Source: Patescibacteria group bacterium (lineage in GTDB: Bacteria > Patescibacteriota > Minisyncoccia > Phycocordibacterales > BOKC01). Taken from it: 64,000 bases of DNA. The stretch is from the NCBI GenBank assembly GCA_038062955.1, contig JBBTWE010000001.1:389640-453639 (forward strand), given 5' to 3'. A model generated the notes under the pieces. That model was not told the DNA's origin. It worked only from the letters and a program-made list of their open reading frames with translations, and made no database searches. Shown in pieces: positions 1 through 10,300 of this stretch. Every line of letters starts with the position of its first letter. The stretch's first letter is position 1. The translations under genes and the position numbers were made by a program.

Positions 1-53
1 TTTTAGCCTATAGGACGAAATCGGTGTATGTGTAAATATTGAAATTTATATAT

Positions 54-98
54 AAAAAAACTGACCCCAAGCCCGCCGAAGCAGACTAAGGGTCAGAG
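54..98 (-). terminator. Rho-independent terminator of the island-A gene
   Basis: GC hairpin ctgaccc-N22-gggtcag (63-98) followed on the minus strand by a T7 run (plus-strand A-run 54-60), 25 nt 3' of the ORF that ends at 123. Confidence 0.6.
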
Positions 99-122
99 TG
101 TCCAAGAAACAGAGGGTCAGCT

Positions 123-800
123 TCAGCTAACCACAGGTTCCGAGGGAGAAAGAACATTGCGAGAGAACACATAGAAGCCATCACCCCACTCGCACGAATC
201 CTCGACAGAACTCGCACACACGTGCCAACCGATGACGAGCCAGTACACGTCGACCACACGAAGCAGACCAGTTTGGTCACGGATGTAGAAGATGTCCGAT
301 AAGCCGTTCGTGAGAAGGACACCGTCTTCACCATTCCCCTGCATCTCCAACAAGGAGAACAACTCGAAGAGAGTTGTTTCAGCTTCCGCTTTACCACCGA
401 GCTCTTTGATGATCGGACCATCTGGGGAAGCCTGGAGCAACTTGTGGCAGCGGATGCTTTGTTCCATGATCGGATCTTCGATCTCGCCTTCGCCAGAGAG
501 GAAGTAGGACGTGAAGTTGCTTCCGATGTCCGAGATCTTCACCAAGGCGTCTGCCTGGGTGTTGACCACGAACTTGTCGCGAGCAACAAACTTGATAGTG
601 GTTGTGGGGACCTTGGTCGTACCGACGAGGGAAAGGATACTGGCAACAGACACACGCTCACACGAAGTCTTGGTGAGACCGAGCAAAAGAGCCTGGAGCT
701 TCGTCGGAGCGCCAATCCAATACTGCATAACCGCAGTATCCAAATCTGGCAGTTGTCTCGCAATACAAGCGATTAGCTCCGCAGTTTGATGATCCAACAT
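123..800 (-). CDS. Hypothetical protein, 225 aa, GC-rich island family member A (internally repeated RD-x-TG / W-x-IG motif)
   Basis: 225-codon stop-free frame in ~52% GC DNA; AAAGGA about 10 nt upstream of the ATG; own terminator; shares motifs with ORFs at 32935-33426, 43329-43661 and the broken frames at 55105-55807. Confidence 0.6.
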   Translation of the reverse strand: MLDHQTAELIACIARQLPDLDTAVMQYWIGAPTKLQALLLGLTKTSCERVSVASILSLVGTTKVPTTTIKFVARDKFVVNTQADALVKISDIGSNFTSYFLSGEGEIEDPIMEQSIRCHKLLQASPDGPIIKELGGKAEAETTLFELFSLLEMQGNGEDGVLLTNGLSDIFYIRDQTGLLRVVDVYWLVIGWHVCASSVEDSCEWGDGFYVFSRNVLSPSEPVVS

Positions 801-861
801 AGCGTTTTTTCCTTTCGGGTTTCGCTGTTGTTTTGCTTGCCGTACTAATCCAAAATGGACT

Positions 862-1003
862 TCACTACGGCAGAAGAAAGGTCGACGGGTTGGGCGTCGA
901 CACCTGTAGACGGCCCTCCCGATTTCTTAGATTGTACTCAATCTGTAGAAATCGCAGTGCCCTAGATTTATCGTGGCCATTTTATAAGAGACCTGTCTTC
1001 TGC
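862..1003. repeat. Structured 5' region of the island-A gene: 17-bp inverted repeat (ctacggcagaagaaagg / cctgtcttctgccgtag) flanking ~105 bp that contains the GC motif GGTCGACGGGTTGGGCGTCGACACCTGTAGACGG (880-912)
   Basis: Direct reading of inverted repeats; the motif recurs at 32865-32899 (inverted) and, diverged, at 11024-11064. Confidence 0.5.
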
Positions 1004-1043
1004 CGTAGCGAATCTTGTTTTTAATGAACAATTTTCTGCCACA

Positions 1044-1073
1044 ATGGTACCATCATCATGGTATGATTGTCAA
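1044..1073 (-). promoter_or_regulatory. Putative sigma70 promoter of the island-A gene, with a dyad overlapping the -10
   Basis: On the minus strand TTGACA (1068-1073), an 18-nt spacer, then TACCAT (1044-1049). The -10 sits in a 6-bp inverted repeat TACCAT-gatg-ATGGTA. Confidence 0.35.
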
Positions 1074-1099
1074 CCAAAATTTAATGACTTTAAATAAGC

Positions 1100-4084
1100 T
1101 TATTTCATCCCCTTTCTTAAGGTGCAATATCGGCAATCAGATACCCCGCAAGTCTTGTTCCAAAAAGAAAAACTAGCTATTTCTTTGGCTGTTTTTTTGA
1201 TGAGCTCAATCAGATCAACCGTCTCTTCCCCACTAATTATAAATTTCTCTTTTTTGAAATCACCTGTCTTTGATTTTTCCGTAAAATCAATTTCACCTGA
1301 AATCATCTTGAATTTCCCGCTATCAAATCTGTCTAAAAGAATTTTATAAAAAAGAAGTTGGCGATATATTTCTCCTCGAGAACTTTTTGTTTTGCCGAGA
1401 ATTTGATTCCTAGTTTTTGGCTGGCTGGTCTTATAGTCAACAACATTCACTTTATTATCTGGAGTAAACTCAACCTTATCGAGCTTCCCTGTTAGAATTA
1501 GTGGGTATTTTTTCTTTTTTATAGTCAAAGTGTCCAGAACTACCCCACCAATCTTTAATTCAACGATAACATTCTTTGTCCAAGTGTTTTTATAGAAAGA
1601 GTAGTAACCTTCCAAAGATTTTTCACCCTTCCTTAGAGAATCCTCGAAATCATTTTTCTCCAAAGGTTGTTTCTTAATTGAACGTTCGAAAAAATGAAAA
1701 AGTTTTTGTGGCCCCGGGTCTTCCCCTTTTTTATATATTGTAAAAAAATCTTCCAAAGCTTTATGAACAGCGATACCATACATTTGGCTTTTGCCCGGAG
1801 CCTTAGGAATTCGAAGCAAATTTTCGAAGAAGTACTTCCATGGACATTCCAAATAATTGTTTAAAGCGGTAACAGAAAATCCCCTATCAAAAAAGAGTTC
1901 TCTTAAATAATTTTTTTCTTCTAATTTGTGCGGTGTAACTGTGTCTTTTTTCAAAACTGATTTATCAAATTTTTGCTCAAGTAGAAATGTATCATTCTTG
2001 AATATAAATTTTTCATCAATTTCAGATACGAATTGTGAGGGTAATCGAAGTTTTTGGCGATCATTGGCTCTGGCGAAACTTAAAGATACTTCACATTTGG
2101 CCCTAGTTAAGGCAACATAAAAAAGACGTCTTTCATCCTCCAAATCTGGATCAAAAGAATTGCCTGGTAAATGAAAATGTTTGTGATTCCTCGTATTGCC
2201 CCAATGTCCATCATAAAGACCAGTTATATAAACGTAATCGAATTCCAAACCTTTGGCCTTGTGGGCCGTCATTAGTTTTACCGCATCTTTCTTTGGGCCG
2301 TAATCACTAGTAGTCTTCACTAAAATATTATGCTGTTTTAAGATATCCAGATAATTTATAAAATCTTTGAGCCTCGCTTCTTTATGACTTTCTGACAATG
2401 TTTTTGCCTGATCAAAAAAAGATTCGAGTTTATTTAATTCATCCCAAACGCCAACATGACTTAGTAAAAATTTAAGATAGCCTGATTCCCTAACAACAAT
2501 CTCTAAAAAATCCACCAGACTTTTATTTCTAGCGAGAGCGCCCCAACGGCTCATATTTTTATAGAAATCAGAGAGGATAGCCGGATTTTTAACTTTAGTT
2601 TGTTTAAGAAGATATTCTGAACTCAAAATATCAAATAAATTGATTTTCTGTCGTCTTCCGAAATTAAGCAATTTATATATATCCAAATTATCAAAATCAA
2701 AAAAATCGATGAATAATAGCTCCGATAAAAATGACTCATCACCAAATGAATTTACAGCTCGAAGAAAAACGCTTAGTTTTCTTATATTTTCTTGGAGAAA
2801 TAGACTTTGATCAGAATATACTTCAAAAGGCACTCCGGACTGCTCTAGAGCTTTAACAATTGGAAGAGCGTCGCTATTATTTCTATAAAAAACCGCAATC
2901 GTGTGAGGTTCTGCGCCAGCTTTAATGCGTCGTTTTATATCAAAGGCAATAAAAGATTCTTCAAAAACTGGTTTGTTAAATTCATAAAACGATATTTTTA
3001 TTTCTTGAGAAAGTGGCCGTTTTGTTTTGGACTCAAGTCTTTGTCTAAGTTTAGGGTCTTCAACTTGATTTTTCTCGATCAGAGAATGAGAAGCGTCTAA
3101 TATTGTTTGAGTGGAACGATAATTTGTTTTGAGCGATAAAACCAACGCATCGGGATAAAGTTTTTTGAAATGCAAAAAGTTTTGGAGAGATGCCCCTTGA
3201 AATCTAAAAATAGCTTGTTTTTCATCACCCACGATAAAAAGATTGGGATTTTTATGAAAACCAGAAATCAATTCCAAGATTCTATTCTGGGAATTATTGG
3301 CATCCTGATGTTCATCGGCCAAAATATATTGATATTCTTCCTGTAAACTCAAGAGAAGCTCTTCGGAATTTTCAAGCGCTCTTATAACCTCCAAAATCAT
3401 GTCTTCGTAGTCGTAAACTAATCTTGCGGCTAAAGTTTTTTCATATTGCTCAAAAATGGCAAGAAGTTCCTTATTTTTCTCCAACCTCTTTTCCATTCTT
3501 AAACGATCAATTTTCGATAGTTTTTCATCTCCAGAAATCAATCTTTTAAACTCTTTTTCCTCTTTGTTTATAAATTTTTTGAATTCTGTTGGCGAGATAT
3601 TCTCTCTTTTAAGATGCTGAATTGAACTCAAAGTGGGCCTCACATAATAATCTGGAGCGCCAAACGGCTTAAGATGCGAGAGTTTTGTTCTGTTTATAAT
3701 ATCTTCAATGATTTTTATTCTTTCTACATCACTCGCTGTTGTGGAACCAATAATTCTTGGAAAATAATCTGGAAAATTTCTGATTATTTCATTACAAAAA
3801 CCGTGAAAAGTAAAAATCTGAACTCGATAAGATTGACTGCCAATAATTTTATGAAGCCTTTGCCTCATCGAATAAGCGGCTGATTCTGTAAAAGTTAAAG
3901 ACAAAATACTCCCTGGCTCTGTGTCAGTTTTTCTTAAAATATTGGCAATTCTTAGAGTAAGAATCTGTGTCTTGCCAGTTCCGGGACCAGCAATAACCAT
4001 AACCGGCCCTTCAATAGTATCCACGGCCGATTTTTGCTCGGGATTTAATTGGTTATATTGACGTTTAAATTCAGAAGAATCCAT
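1100..4084 (-). CDS. UvrD/PcrA-family ATP-dependent DNA helicase fused to a C-terminal RecB-family (PD-(D/E)XK, Cas4/AddB-like) nuclease domain with a 4-Cys cluster
   Basis: Walker A VIAGPGTGKT, UvrD motifs (LADEHQD, TNYRST), nuclease motif VVDYKTS, Cys set LECPWKY ... CGVSDCRYC. Confidence 0.9.
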   Translation of the reverse strand: MDSSEFKRQYNQLNPEQKSAVDTIEGPVMVIAGPGTGKTQILTLRIANILRKTDTEPGSILSLTFTESAAYSMRQRLHKIIGSQSYRVQIFTFHGFCNEIIRNFPDYFPRIIGSTTASDVERIKIIEDIINRTKLSHLKPFGAPDYYVRPTLSSIQHLKRENISPTEFKKFINKEEKEFKRLISGDEKLSKIDRLRMEKRLEKNKELLAIFEQYEKTLAARLVYDYEDMILEVIRALENSEELLLSLQEEYQYILADEHQDANNSQNRILELISGFHKNPNLFIVGDEKQAIFRFQGASLQNFLHFKKLYPDALVLSLKTNYRSTQTILDASHSLIEKNQVEDPKLRQRLESKTKRPLSQEIKISFYEFNKPVFEESFIAFDIKRRIKAGAEPHTIAVFYRNNSDALPIVKALEQSGVPFEVYSDQSLFLQENIRKLSVFLRAVNSFGDESFLSELLFIDFFDFDNLDIYKLLNFGRRQKINLFDILSSEYLLKQTKVKNPAILSDFYKNMSRWGALARNKSLVDFLEIVVRESGYLKFLLSHVGVWDELNKLESFFDQAKTLSESHKEARLKDFINYLDILKQHNILVKTTSDYGPKKDAVKLMTAHKAKGLEFDYVYITGLYDGHWGNTRNHKHFHLPGNSFDPDLEDERRLFYVALTRAKCEVSLSFARANDRQKLRLPSQFVSEIDEKFIFKNDTFLLEQKFDKSVLKKDTVTPHKLEEKNYLRELFFDRGFSVTALNNYLECPWKYFFENLLRIPKAPGKSQMYGIAVHKALEDFFTIYKKGEDPGPQKLFHFFERSIKKQPLEKNDFEDSLRKGEKSLEGYYSFYKNTWTKNVIVELKIGGVVLDTLTIKKKKYPLILTGKLDKVEFTPDNKVNVVDYKTSQPKTRNQILGKTKSSRGEIYRQLLFYKILLDRFDSGKFKMISGEIDFTEKSKTGDFKKEKFIISGEETVDLIELIKKTAKEIASFSFWNKTCGVSDCRYCTLRKGMK

Positions 4085-4119
4085 TCCATTAGTATATAGA
4101 TAGAAATGGAATTTTCAAT

Positions 4120-5322
4120 TTAATAGTTTTTAAGCCTATCTATTTTTTCGTGGATGCGGAGTTTTTCGAGCGCTTTGGCTTCGATCTGTCTTATACGTTC
4201 ACGAGTCACACCGAATTCCCTTCCCACTTCTTCTAGGGTATGAGTGATGCCATCCACCAAACCATGTCTCATCTCTAGGATTCTGCGTTCTTTTGGAGGT
4301 AAATCATTTAAGATATCTTTGACTTGATCTGCCACAATTCTTCTTGAAGTTTCTTCTGACGGAGAAAGAATTTTATCATCAGCAATAAAATCTCCTAAAG
4401 TGGACTTACCATCATCTTCATCGGGACCAGCCGGACTTTCTAACGACACCGTGCTTTGATCAATTTTTTCGATATTGTATATCTTATCGACATCCAAATT
4501 CATTTCAATCGCAATTTCTTCCTGAAGTGGGTCTCTGCCCAAATCTTGGGCTAATCTCCTCACAACCTGCTTGTATTTGGCAATCGTTTCCACCATATGA
4601 ACTGGTACTCTTATAGTTCTCGATTGATCAGCAAGAGACCTTGTAATGGCTTGTCTGATCCACCAAGTAGCATAAGTTGAGAACTTAAATCCCTTATTCC
4701 AATCAAATTTATCGACGGCTTTAAAGAGACCTAAATTACCCTCTTGAATTAAGTCGAGAAGCGTTAAATCTGGACTTCGGCCAACATATTTCTTGGCAAT
4801 AGAAACCACCAATCGAAGGTTAGAGCGAGCTAGAATATTTTTCGCCTCTTCATCCCCAGTTTGAATTTTCTTAGCTAATTCTTTTTCTTGAGCACCGGAA
4901 ATCAAGGGATATTGGCCAATTTCTTTCAAATACATTTGGATAGAATCGTGTGACAGAGAATCCTTGTAGATATCTTTGCCTTTCCCATTTTCTTCTGGGG
5001 TATCTAAAAGATTACCTCCCTCCAAAAGGTCTATTCCGGCATTGCTCAATTTTTCATAAAGCGAATCCAAAGACAAAATATCATCCTCAATAGTGGGAAA
5101 TTCTCTTAGAATTTCATCATAAGTTATAAAACCTCTTTCTTTTCCTTTCAAAATCAGCTTATCAATAGCCAAATCTATTTTTTTATTTTTGGCTGATTTT
5201 GGAAGATTTTCACTTTCAGGAAGCTCTTTGGTGGCTTTTTTGCGAGTAATTCCCTTAACCTTGGGCTTTTTTGCCTTTTTTATTTTTACTTTTTTTACTG
5301 CTTTTTTCTTTGTTTTTTTCAT
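4120..5322 (-). CDS. rpoD: RNA polymerase sigma-70 factor RpoD
   Basis: Regions 2-4 signatures: [63 protein letters not shown]; lysine-rich N-terminus. Confidence 0.95.
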   Translation of the reverse strand: MKKTKKKAVKKVKIKKAKKPKVKGITRKKATKELPESENLPKSAKNKKIDLAIDKLILKGKERGFITYDEILREFPTIEDDILSLDSLYEKLSNAGIDLLEGGNLLDTPEENGKGKDIYKDSLSHDSIQMYLKEIGQYPLISGAQEKELAKKIQTGDEEAKNILARSNLRLVVSIAKKYVGRSPDLTLLDLIQEGNLGLFKAVDKFDWNKGFKFSTYATWWIRQAITRSLADQSRTIRVPVHMVETIAKYKQVVRRLAQDLGRDPLQEEIAIEMNLDVDKIYNIEKIDQSTVSLESPAGPDEDDGKSTLGDFIADDKILSPSEETSRRIVADQVKDILNDLPPKERRILEMRHGLVDGITHTLEEVGREFGVTRERIRQIEAKALEKLRIHEKIDRLKNY

Positions 5323-5457
5323 CCCGTTGTGAAATTTCAGGTCGTTCTTCGCAAGCTCGGAACTATCCTGTTATTTTTTGGCTCATTCTTAATAAATAAA
5401 TTTAATTCTTTTATGCATTCCGTAGTAAGTATTTACAACCTGAAATTCTACTACGGG
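5323..5457. repeat. Hairpin repeat family 1 (CCCGTAGT-stem element), copy 1, directly abutting the rpoD ATG
   Basis: Terminal inverted repeats cccgttgtgaaatttcaggt / acctgaaattctactacggg around ~95 bp of AT-rich core; ~85% identical to 25849-26003. Confidence 0.7.
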
Positions 5458-5467
5458 ATTCTCATTT

Positions 5468-7177
5468 TTAAATTTTGACTTTCCTCATATTCATTTCATT
5501 TATATTTTTGCTTATCTTTTTGCAGTTTTCTAAAATTTCCGCCGCTCTTTCTTTATTACCAGATTTTTCAGCCGCAGTTAATTCCTTCATCGCGTTTTGA
5601 AAATCAATTTTTAAAGTCTCCTCTTCTAAATTAAAAAATAAGTCTTCTAAAATATTTTCTATATCCGCCCTCCCATCAAAATAAGTTTCGGCTTCAAAAA
5701 TTAGTTCGCTTTTCCTTTTCTCCAAAATGAGAATGCTCTCTTTATCTTTTAACTTATCCTCTAATCGTTCCCTGAAAGATTTAATTTTTGGAGAATCTTT
5801 ATTTAAACTTTCTTGCCAAAAAATAATACCTATAATTCGACTTATAATATTGAATTGCCTGCTTTCTAAGGTTTTTTTAATATTATCACTGACGGCTATT
5901 GTATCTTCATCACTATTTGGAATTTTTTTCAAATCTTCTCGCAAGGCTTGTTCGTTCACGCCTGTCTTATGAGATATTTCAACCAAAAATCTCGATTGAT
6001 CGATATTTGATGGTAACAGTTTAACGAAAGGTAGAACCCTGTTTTTGATTTCTTGATCCATAAGCCTATCCGACATTTTTGATGAAACGATTTTTCCAAG
6101 ATAAAAATCGATGATATGACTTGAATCTTTCAAAATAGACTCCCAGATTTTTGGATCTTTTGCGATAACACTTGCAGGGTCTTCATCTTCCGGCAATAGA
6201 GCAATTCTTACATTCATTCCCAAAGAAAGACCGAGTTTGGCGCTTCTTTCAATTGCCTTAAAACCAGCTTTGTCGCCATCATAAGCTAAAATAATCCTAG
6301 AAGAAAGATGGTTGAGCTTATTGAGTTGAAGCAACGTGAGCGCGGTGCCTGAAGTCGCAACGGTATTATCAAATCCAGCTTGATGCGAAAGCAGAAGATC
6401 CATTTGCCCTTCTACAAGCACTGAATAATTTTTCTTCTTTATTGATAACTTGGCTCTGTCAAAACCATAAAGCACTTCCGATTTATTGAACAATTCAGTT
6501 TCAGGACTGTTTAAATATTTTGGAATATTCTCTTCTTCTTTCAACACCCTTCCAGAAAAAGCGATTGCGCGTGACGCCGTATCAAAGATTGGAAACATTA
6601 TTCTGCCCCTAAAAACATCGTAAAATTTATTATTTTCTGTTTTTTTGGCCAAACCTGCTTTTAAAAGTTCAGAATCCTTAAAACCTTTAGCACGACAAAA
6701 TTCAATCATTGACTGCCACATTGGCAAAGCGAATCCTAAACGCCACTCTTTTATTATTTCCTGATTCAATCCTCTTTTGATTAAGTAATCGTAAGCGTTT
6801 TTATTCTTCTTAAGATTTTCTTCAAAAAACCCTGTCGCAACCTCAAGCAATCTAAACAATCTGTCTTTCTCAAGTTTGCTTTCACTGGTTTCAAATTCGA
6901 GAGGAATGCCAGCATTCATAGCCAGGACCTTCAAGGCGCCTTTAAAATCCAGTCCTTCGAATTGCTCCACAAAACTAAAAATATCTCCTTTAGCTCCGCA
7001 TCCGAAACAATAAAAAGATCCTCTTGCGGGCGAAACAAAAAAAGATGGAGTCTTTTCATTATGGAAAGGACACTTAGCCTTAAAATTTGATCCGGCTTTT
7101 TCGAGTTTAATGTAATTGCTTAAAACATCAACAATACCAAGTCTTTCTTTTATTCGGTCTACATTTGAAGAAGACAT
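5468..7177 (-). CDS. dnaG: DNA primase DnaG
   Basis: Zinc-binding CPFHNEKTPSF...CFGCGAKGD; TOPRIM VLVEGQMDLL...DGDKAG. Confidence 0.93.
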   Translation of the reverse strand: MSSSNVDRIKERLGIVDVLSNYIKLEKAGSNFKAKCPFHNEKTPSFFVSPARGSFYCFGCGAKGDIFSFVEQFEGLDFKGALKVLAMNAGIPLEFETSESKLEKDRLFRLLEVATGFFEENLKKNKNAYDYLIKRGLNQEIIKEWRLGFALPMWQSMIEFCRAKGFKDSELLKAGLAKKTENNKFYDVFRGRIMFPIFDTASRAIAFSGRVLKEEENIPKYLNSPETELFNKSEVLYGFDRAKLSIKKKNYSVLVEGQMDLLLSHQAGFDNTVATSGTALTLLQLNKLNHLSSRIILAYDGDKAGFKAIERSAKLGLSLGMNVRIALLPEDEDPASVIAKDPKIWESILKDSSHIIDFYLGKIVSSKMSDRLMDQEIKNRVLPFVKLLPSNIDQSRFLVEISHKTGVNEQALREDLKKIPNSDEDTIAVSDNIKKTLESRQFNIISRIIGIIFWQESLNKDSPKIKSFRERLEDKLKDKESILILEKRKSELIFEAETYFDGRADIENILEDLFFNLEEETLKIDFQNAMKELTAAEKSGNKERAAEILENCKKISKNINEMNMRKVKI

Positions 7178-7185
7178 AAATGTAA

Positions 7186-7307
7186 TTCAAAGGTCAAAAA
7201 TCAAAAGTCAAAATTTAAAGTTAAAAGTTATTAATTTAAAATAATTTTATTCTTTTTTACTTTTGAATTTTGAATTTCAATTTTGAGTTTTGCCTTTTGA
7301 ATTTTGA
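7186..7307. repeat. AT-rich long inverted repeat family 6 (aaaagtcaaaat / attttgactttt units), copy 1, in the dnaG-rpoC intergenic region
   Basis: Left arm 7186-7232 and right arm 7258-7307 are complementary; homologous to 27003-27116. Confidence 0.55.
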
Positions 7308-7337
7308 CTTGAGTATTATTTGTAATTCGTGTCGTGT

Positions 7338-10300
7338 TTACTTGAGCTTATCGAAGATTTTAGACTTTCTGCTTCCTGGGAAGCCGGTTCCAGCCGGAAT
7401 AAGACGCCCGATAATAACGTTCTCTTTGAGACCTGAAAGATCATCTGTGTAACCACGAACAGAGGCATTGATGAGAATTTTAGTTGTGTGTTGGAAAGAA
7501 GCGGCGGACAAGAAACTTTTTCTAGTTAGAGACACTTCAGTAATTCCCATCACAACTTTTTCTGCTTTGGCCTCATTTTTTCCAAGAGCTTTTATTTTCT
7601 GATTCTCTTTTTGGAGCTCGCTTTCTTCTACAACATCTCCAGGAGAGAAAGTTGAGTCGCCCGAATCTTTTATCTTCCTTCGAGAAAACATCTGTCTTAC
7701 AATGACTTCAATATGTTTTCTGGAAACCGCTTCCCCTTGTAATTCGTAAAGTCGGCTGATTTCGCGAATAATATAGTTTTCTGTTTTTTCCTTGCCGGCA
7801 TATTTGAAAAGTTCTCCAATATCAGCTGAACCGTCAGTAAGGATTTGTCCTTTCTTAACTTCTTGGCCAGCTTTTACAAGAATTGATCGGTGGAAACTTA
7901 CGGCGTATTCAGAATCTCCTTTTTTAGTTTTCTTTACTCCCTCTCCTGAAATAATAATGTATCGCTCTCCTTTTTCCTCCTTAATTTCAGAAATGATTCC
8001 GTCAACACGACTAATGACCGCGGCATTTTTAGGTTTTCTTTTTTCAAATACTTCCTCTACTCTAGGGAGTCCAGTGGTAATATCTCCACCAACAGACGCT
8101 GTACCTCCTGTATGGAAGGTTCTCATTGTAAGCTGGGTTCCCGGCTCACCGATTGCTTGAGCGGCCACAGTACCGATAGCTTCTCCTATTTCTATCGGAC
8201 GACCATTTCCAAGGTCAGCTCCGTAACAGAGAGCGCAAACGCCCTTTATTGATTTGCAGGAAAGTGGAGACCTTACAACAACTTCCTTCACACCATCGTT
8301 TTCAATCAAGATCGCGTCTTTTTTACTTATAAAACTTCCTTTCTTGAAAACATCTTTTCCATTTTGCAACACAACATCTTCAGCAATAAATCTCCATCTA
8401 ATATTTCGAGAAAGAGGGGTTTCCATTTCATTGCCTGATTTCTTGAAGATTTTAATTCCTTCCTTCGTACCACAATCTTCTTCACTTATAATTGAGTCTT
8501 GAGCCACGTCGAAGAGTCTCCTGGTTAAGTATCCTGCTTTAGCAGTGTTTAAGGCGGTGTCAGTCAAACCTTTTCTCGCTCCGTGAGTGGTAATGAAATA
8601 TTCGATAGGAGTCAATCCTTCCTTGGTAGAAGAAACCACAGGGAATTCAATGGTCTCTCCCGCTGTGTTTTGAATAAGACCTTTTATTCCAGCCATTTGG
8701 GTAATCTGGGAAAGAGAACCTCGAGCTCCGGAATTCACCATGTCATGCACGGAGCCTCTTGGATCAAGACTGCTTGGAATAATTTTCTCTATTTCACTTT
8801 TTGCCCAATGCCATATTTCAATATTTTTTCTTAGTCTTTCGTCAGTCGAGATAAAGCCATCATTGTATTGGCCAACAATTTCCTCCACTTTTCTCTTGGC
8901 TTCTACAATTATCGGACCCTTAGCTTCTGGGATTTTCACTTCATCAATACCCCAAGTAATACCAGCGTATGTGGCATATTGAAAACCAAAGTTTTTTACC
9001 TTATCAACAATATCTGGAATTTTTTCGATACCATATTTTTCAATCAAATCCTCGATGAGAGATGCCATCTTTTTTCGATCAATTTCAGCATTCACGAAAG
9101 GATAATCATTTGGTAAAACACTATTAAAGAGCAGTCTACCTACAGAACTTTCAAAAATACCGCTTTTGAATTCTTTGTATTTGGGGGTATCAGTGGCTAA
9201 AATTTTTATTTTGGCTCTAAAACCAAGTGCGCCGAAATCAAAAGTGGTAATAGCGCTGTTTGGATTAGAAAAATATTTTCCTTCTCCTTTTTCACCAGCC
9301 AACATTTTGGTCATCCAGTAACAACCAAGAATGATATCGAGCATTTTGGCGCTGATTATAGGATCTCCGCTTCCTGGTTTTAAGATGTTTTTATCGGCAG
9401 CCAATATTTCTTTTGCTTCAAGTTGGGCTTCTTCTCCAAGCGGCACGTGAACAGCCATCTGATCTCCGTCGAAATCAGCGTTGAAAGCTGTACAAACCAA
9501 AGGATGAATTTGAATAGCGTTTCCCTCAATTAAAAGTGGTTTGAAAGCCTGAATACCAAGACGATGCAAGGTCGGAGCTCGATTTAAAAGCACATACTTG
9601 TCTTTGATCACATCTTCCAAAATAGCCCAGACTTCTGGCACTCCTTCTTCAATAAGTTTGGAAGCGCCTTTAATATTGTAGGCTAGATCCATCTTTAATA
9701 TCTGACAGATAACAAACGGCCTGAAAAGTTCAAGCGCCATATGCTTTGGAAGTCCGCACTCATTCAGTTTCAGGGTTGGGCCAATAACGATAACTGATCT
9801 TCCAGAATAATCTACACGTTTACCTAAAAGATTCTGTCTGAAAAAACCTCTTTTTCCTTTCAAATTATCTGCAAGTGACTTGAGTGCTCTTTTTTGGGCT
9901 TGGCTTGCAACAATCTGGGTTGTCCCCTGTCTTAAAGTATTATCAATCAAAGCATCCACAGCTTCCTGTAGAATTCTTTTTTCGTTTCTTAAAATCACTT
10001 CTGGAGCGTTTATTTCTTTGAGTTTTTTTAAACGATTATTTCTATTTATTACTCTGCGGTAAAGATCGTTAACATCTGAAGTAGCGTAACGTCCACCATC
10101 AAGCGGAACCATTGGACGAAGTGCTGGAGGAATCACAGGCAGACGTAAAAGGAATGTCCACTCTGGTCGAACACCTGACTCGATCATCGACTTAACAAGA
10201 GAAATTCTCTTGCTTAATTTTTCTTTTTCAGCGGCGCCTGCAACTTCAAGATCTTTTTCTAAATTTACTTTAAGTTTTACAAGATCAACATCTTTCAAAA

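Noticed and set aside
880-912. Integron attC-like site: the shared GC motif contains GTTGGGC / GTTAGGC, which fit the GTTRRRY core consensus, and the GC-rich islands resemble gene cassettes
   Set aside because: No matching RYYYAAC inverse core at attC-like distance, no integron integrase in the window, and the cassettes carry their own promoters, unlike integron cassettes. The core match is a 7-mer and easily arises by chance.
833-1024. 63-aa plus-strand ORF inside the structured region upstream of the island-A gene
   Set aside because: It lies entirely within the inverted-repeat element and opposite to the island transcript. It has no ribosome-binding site.
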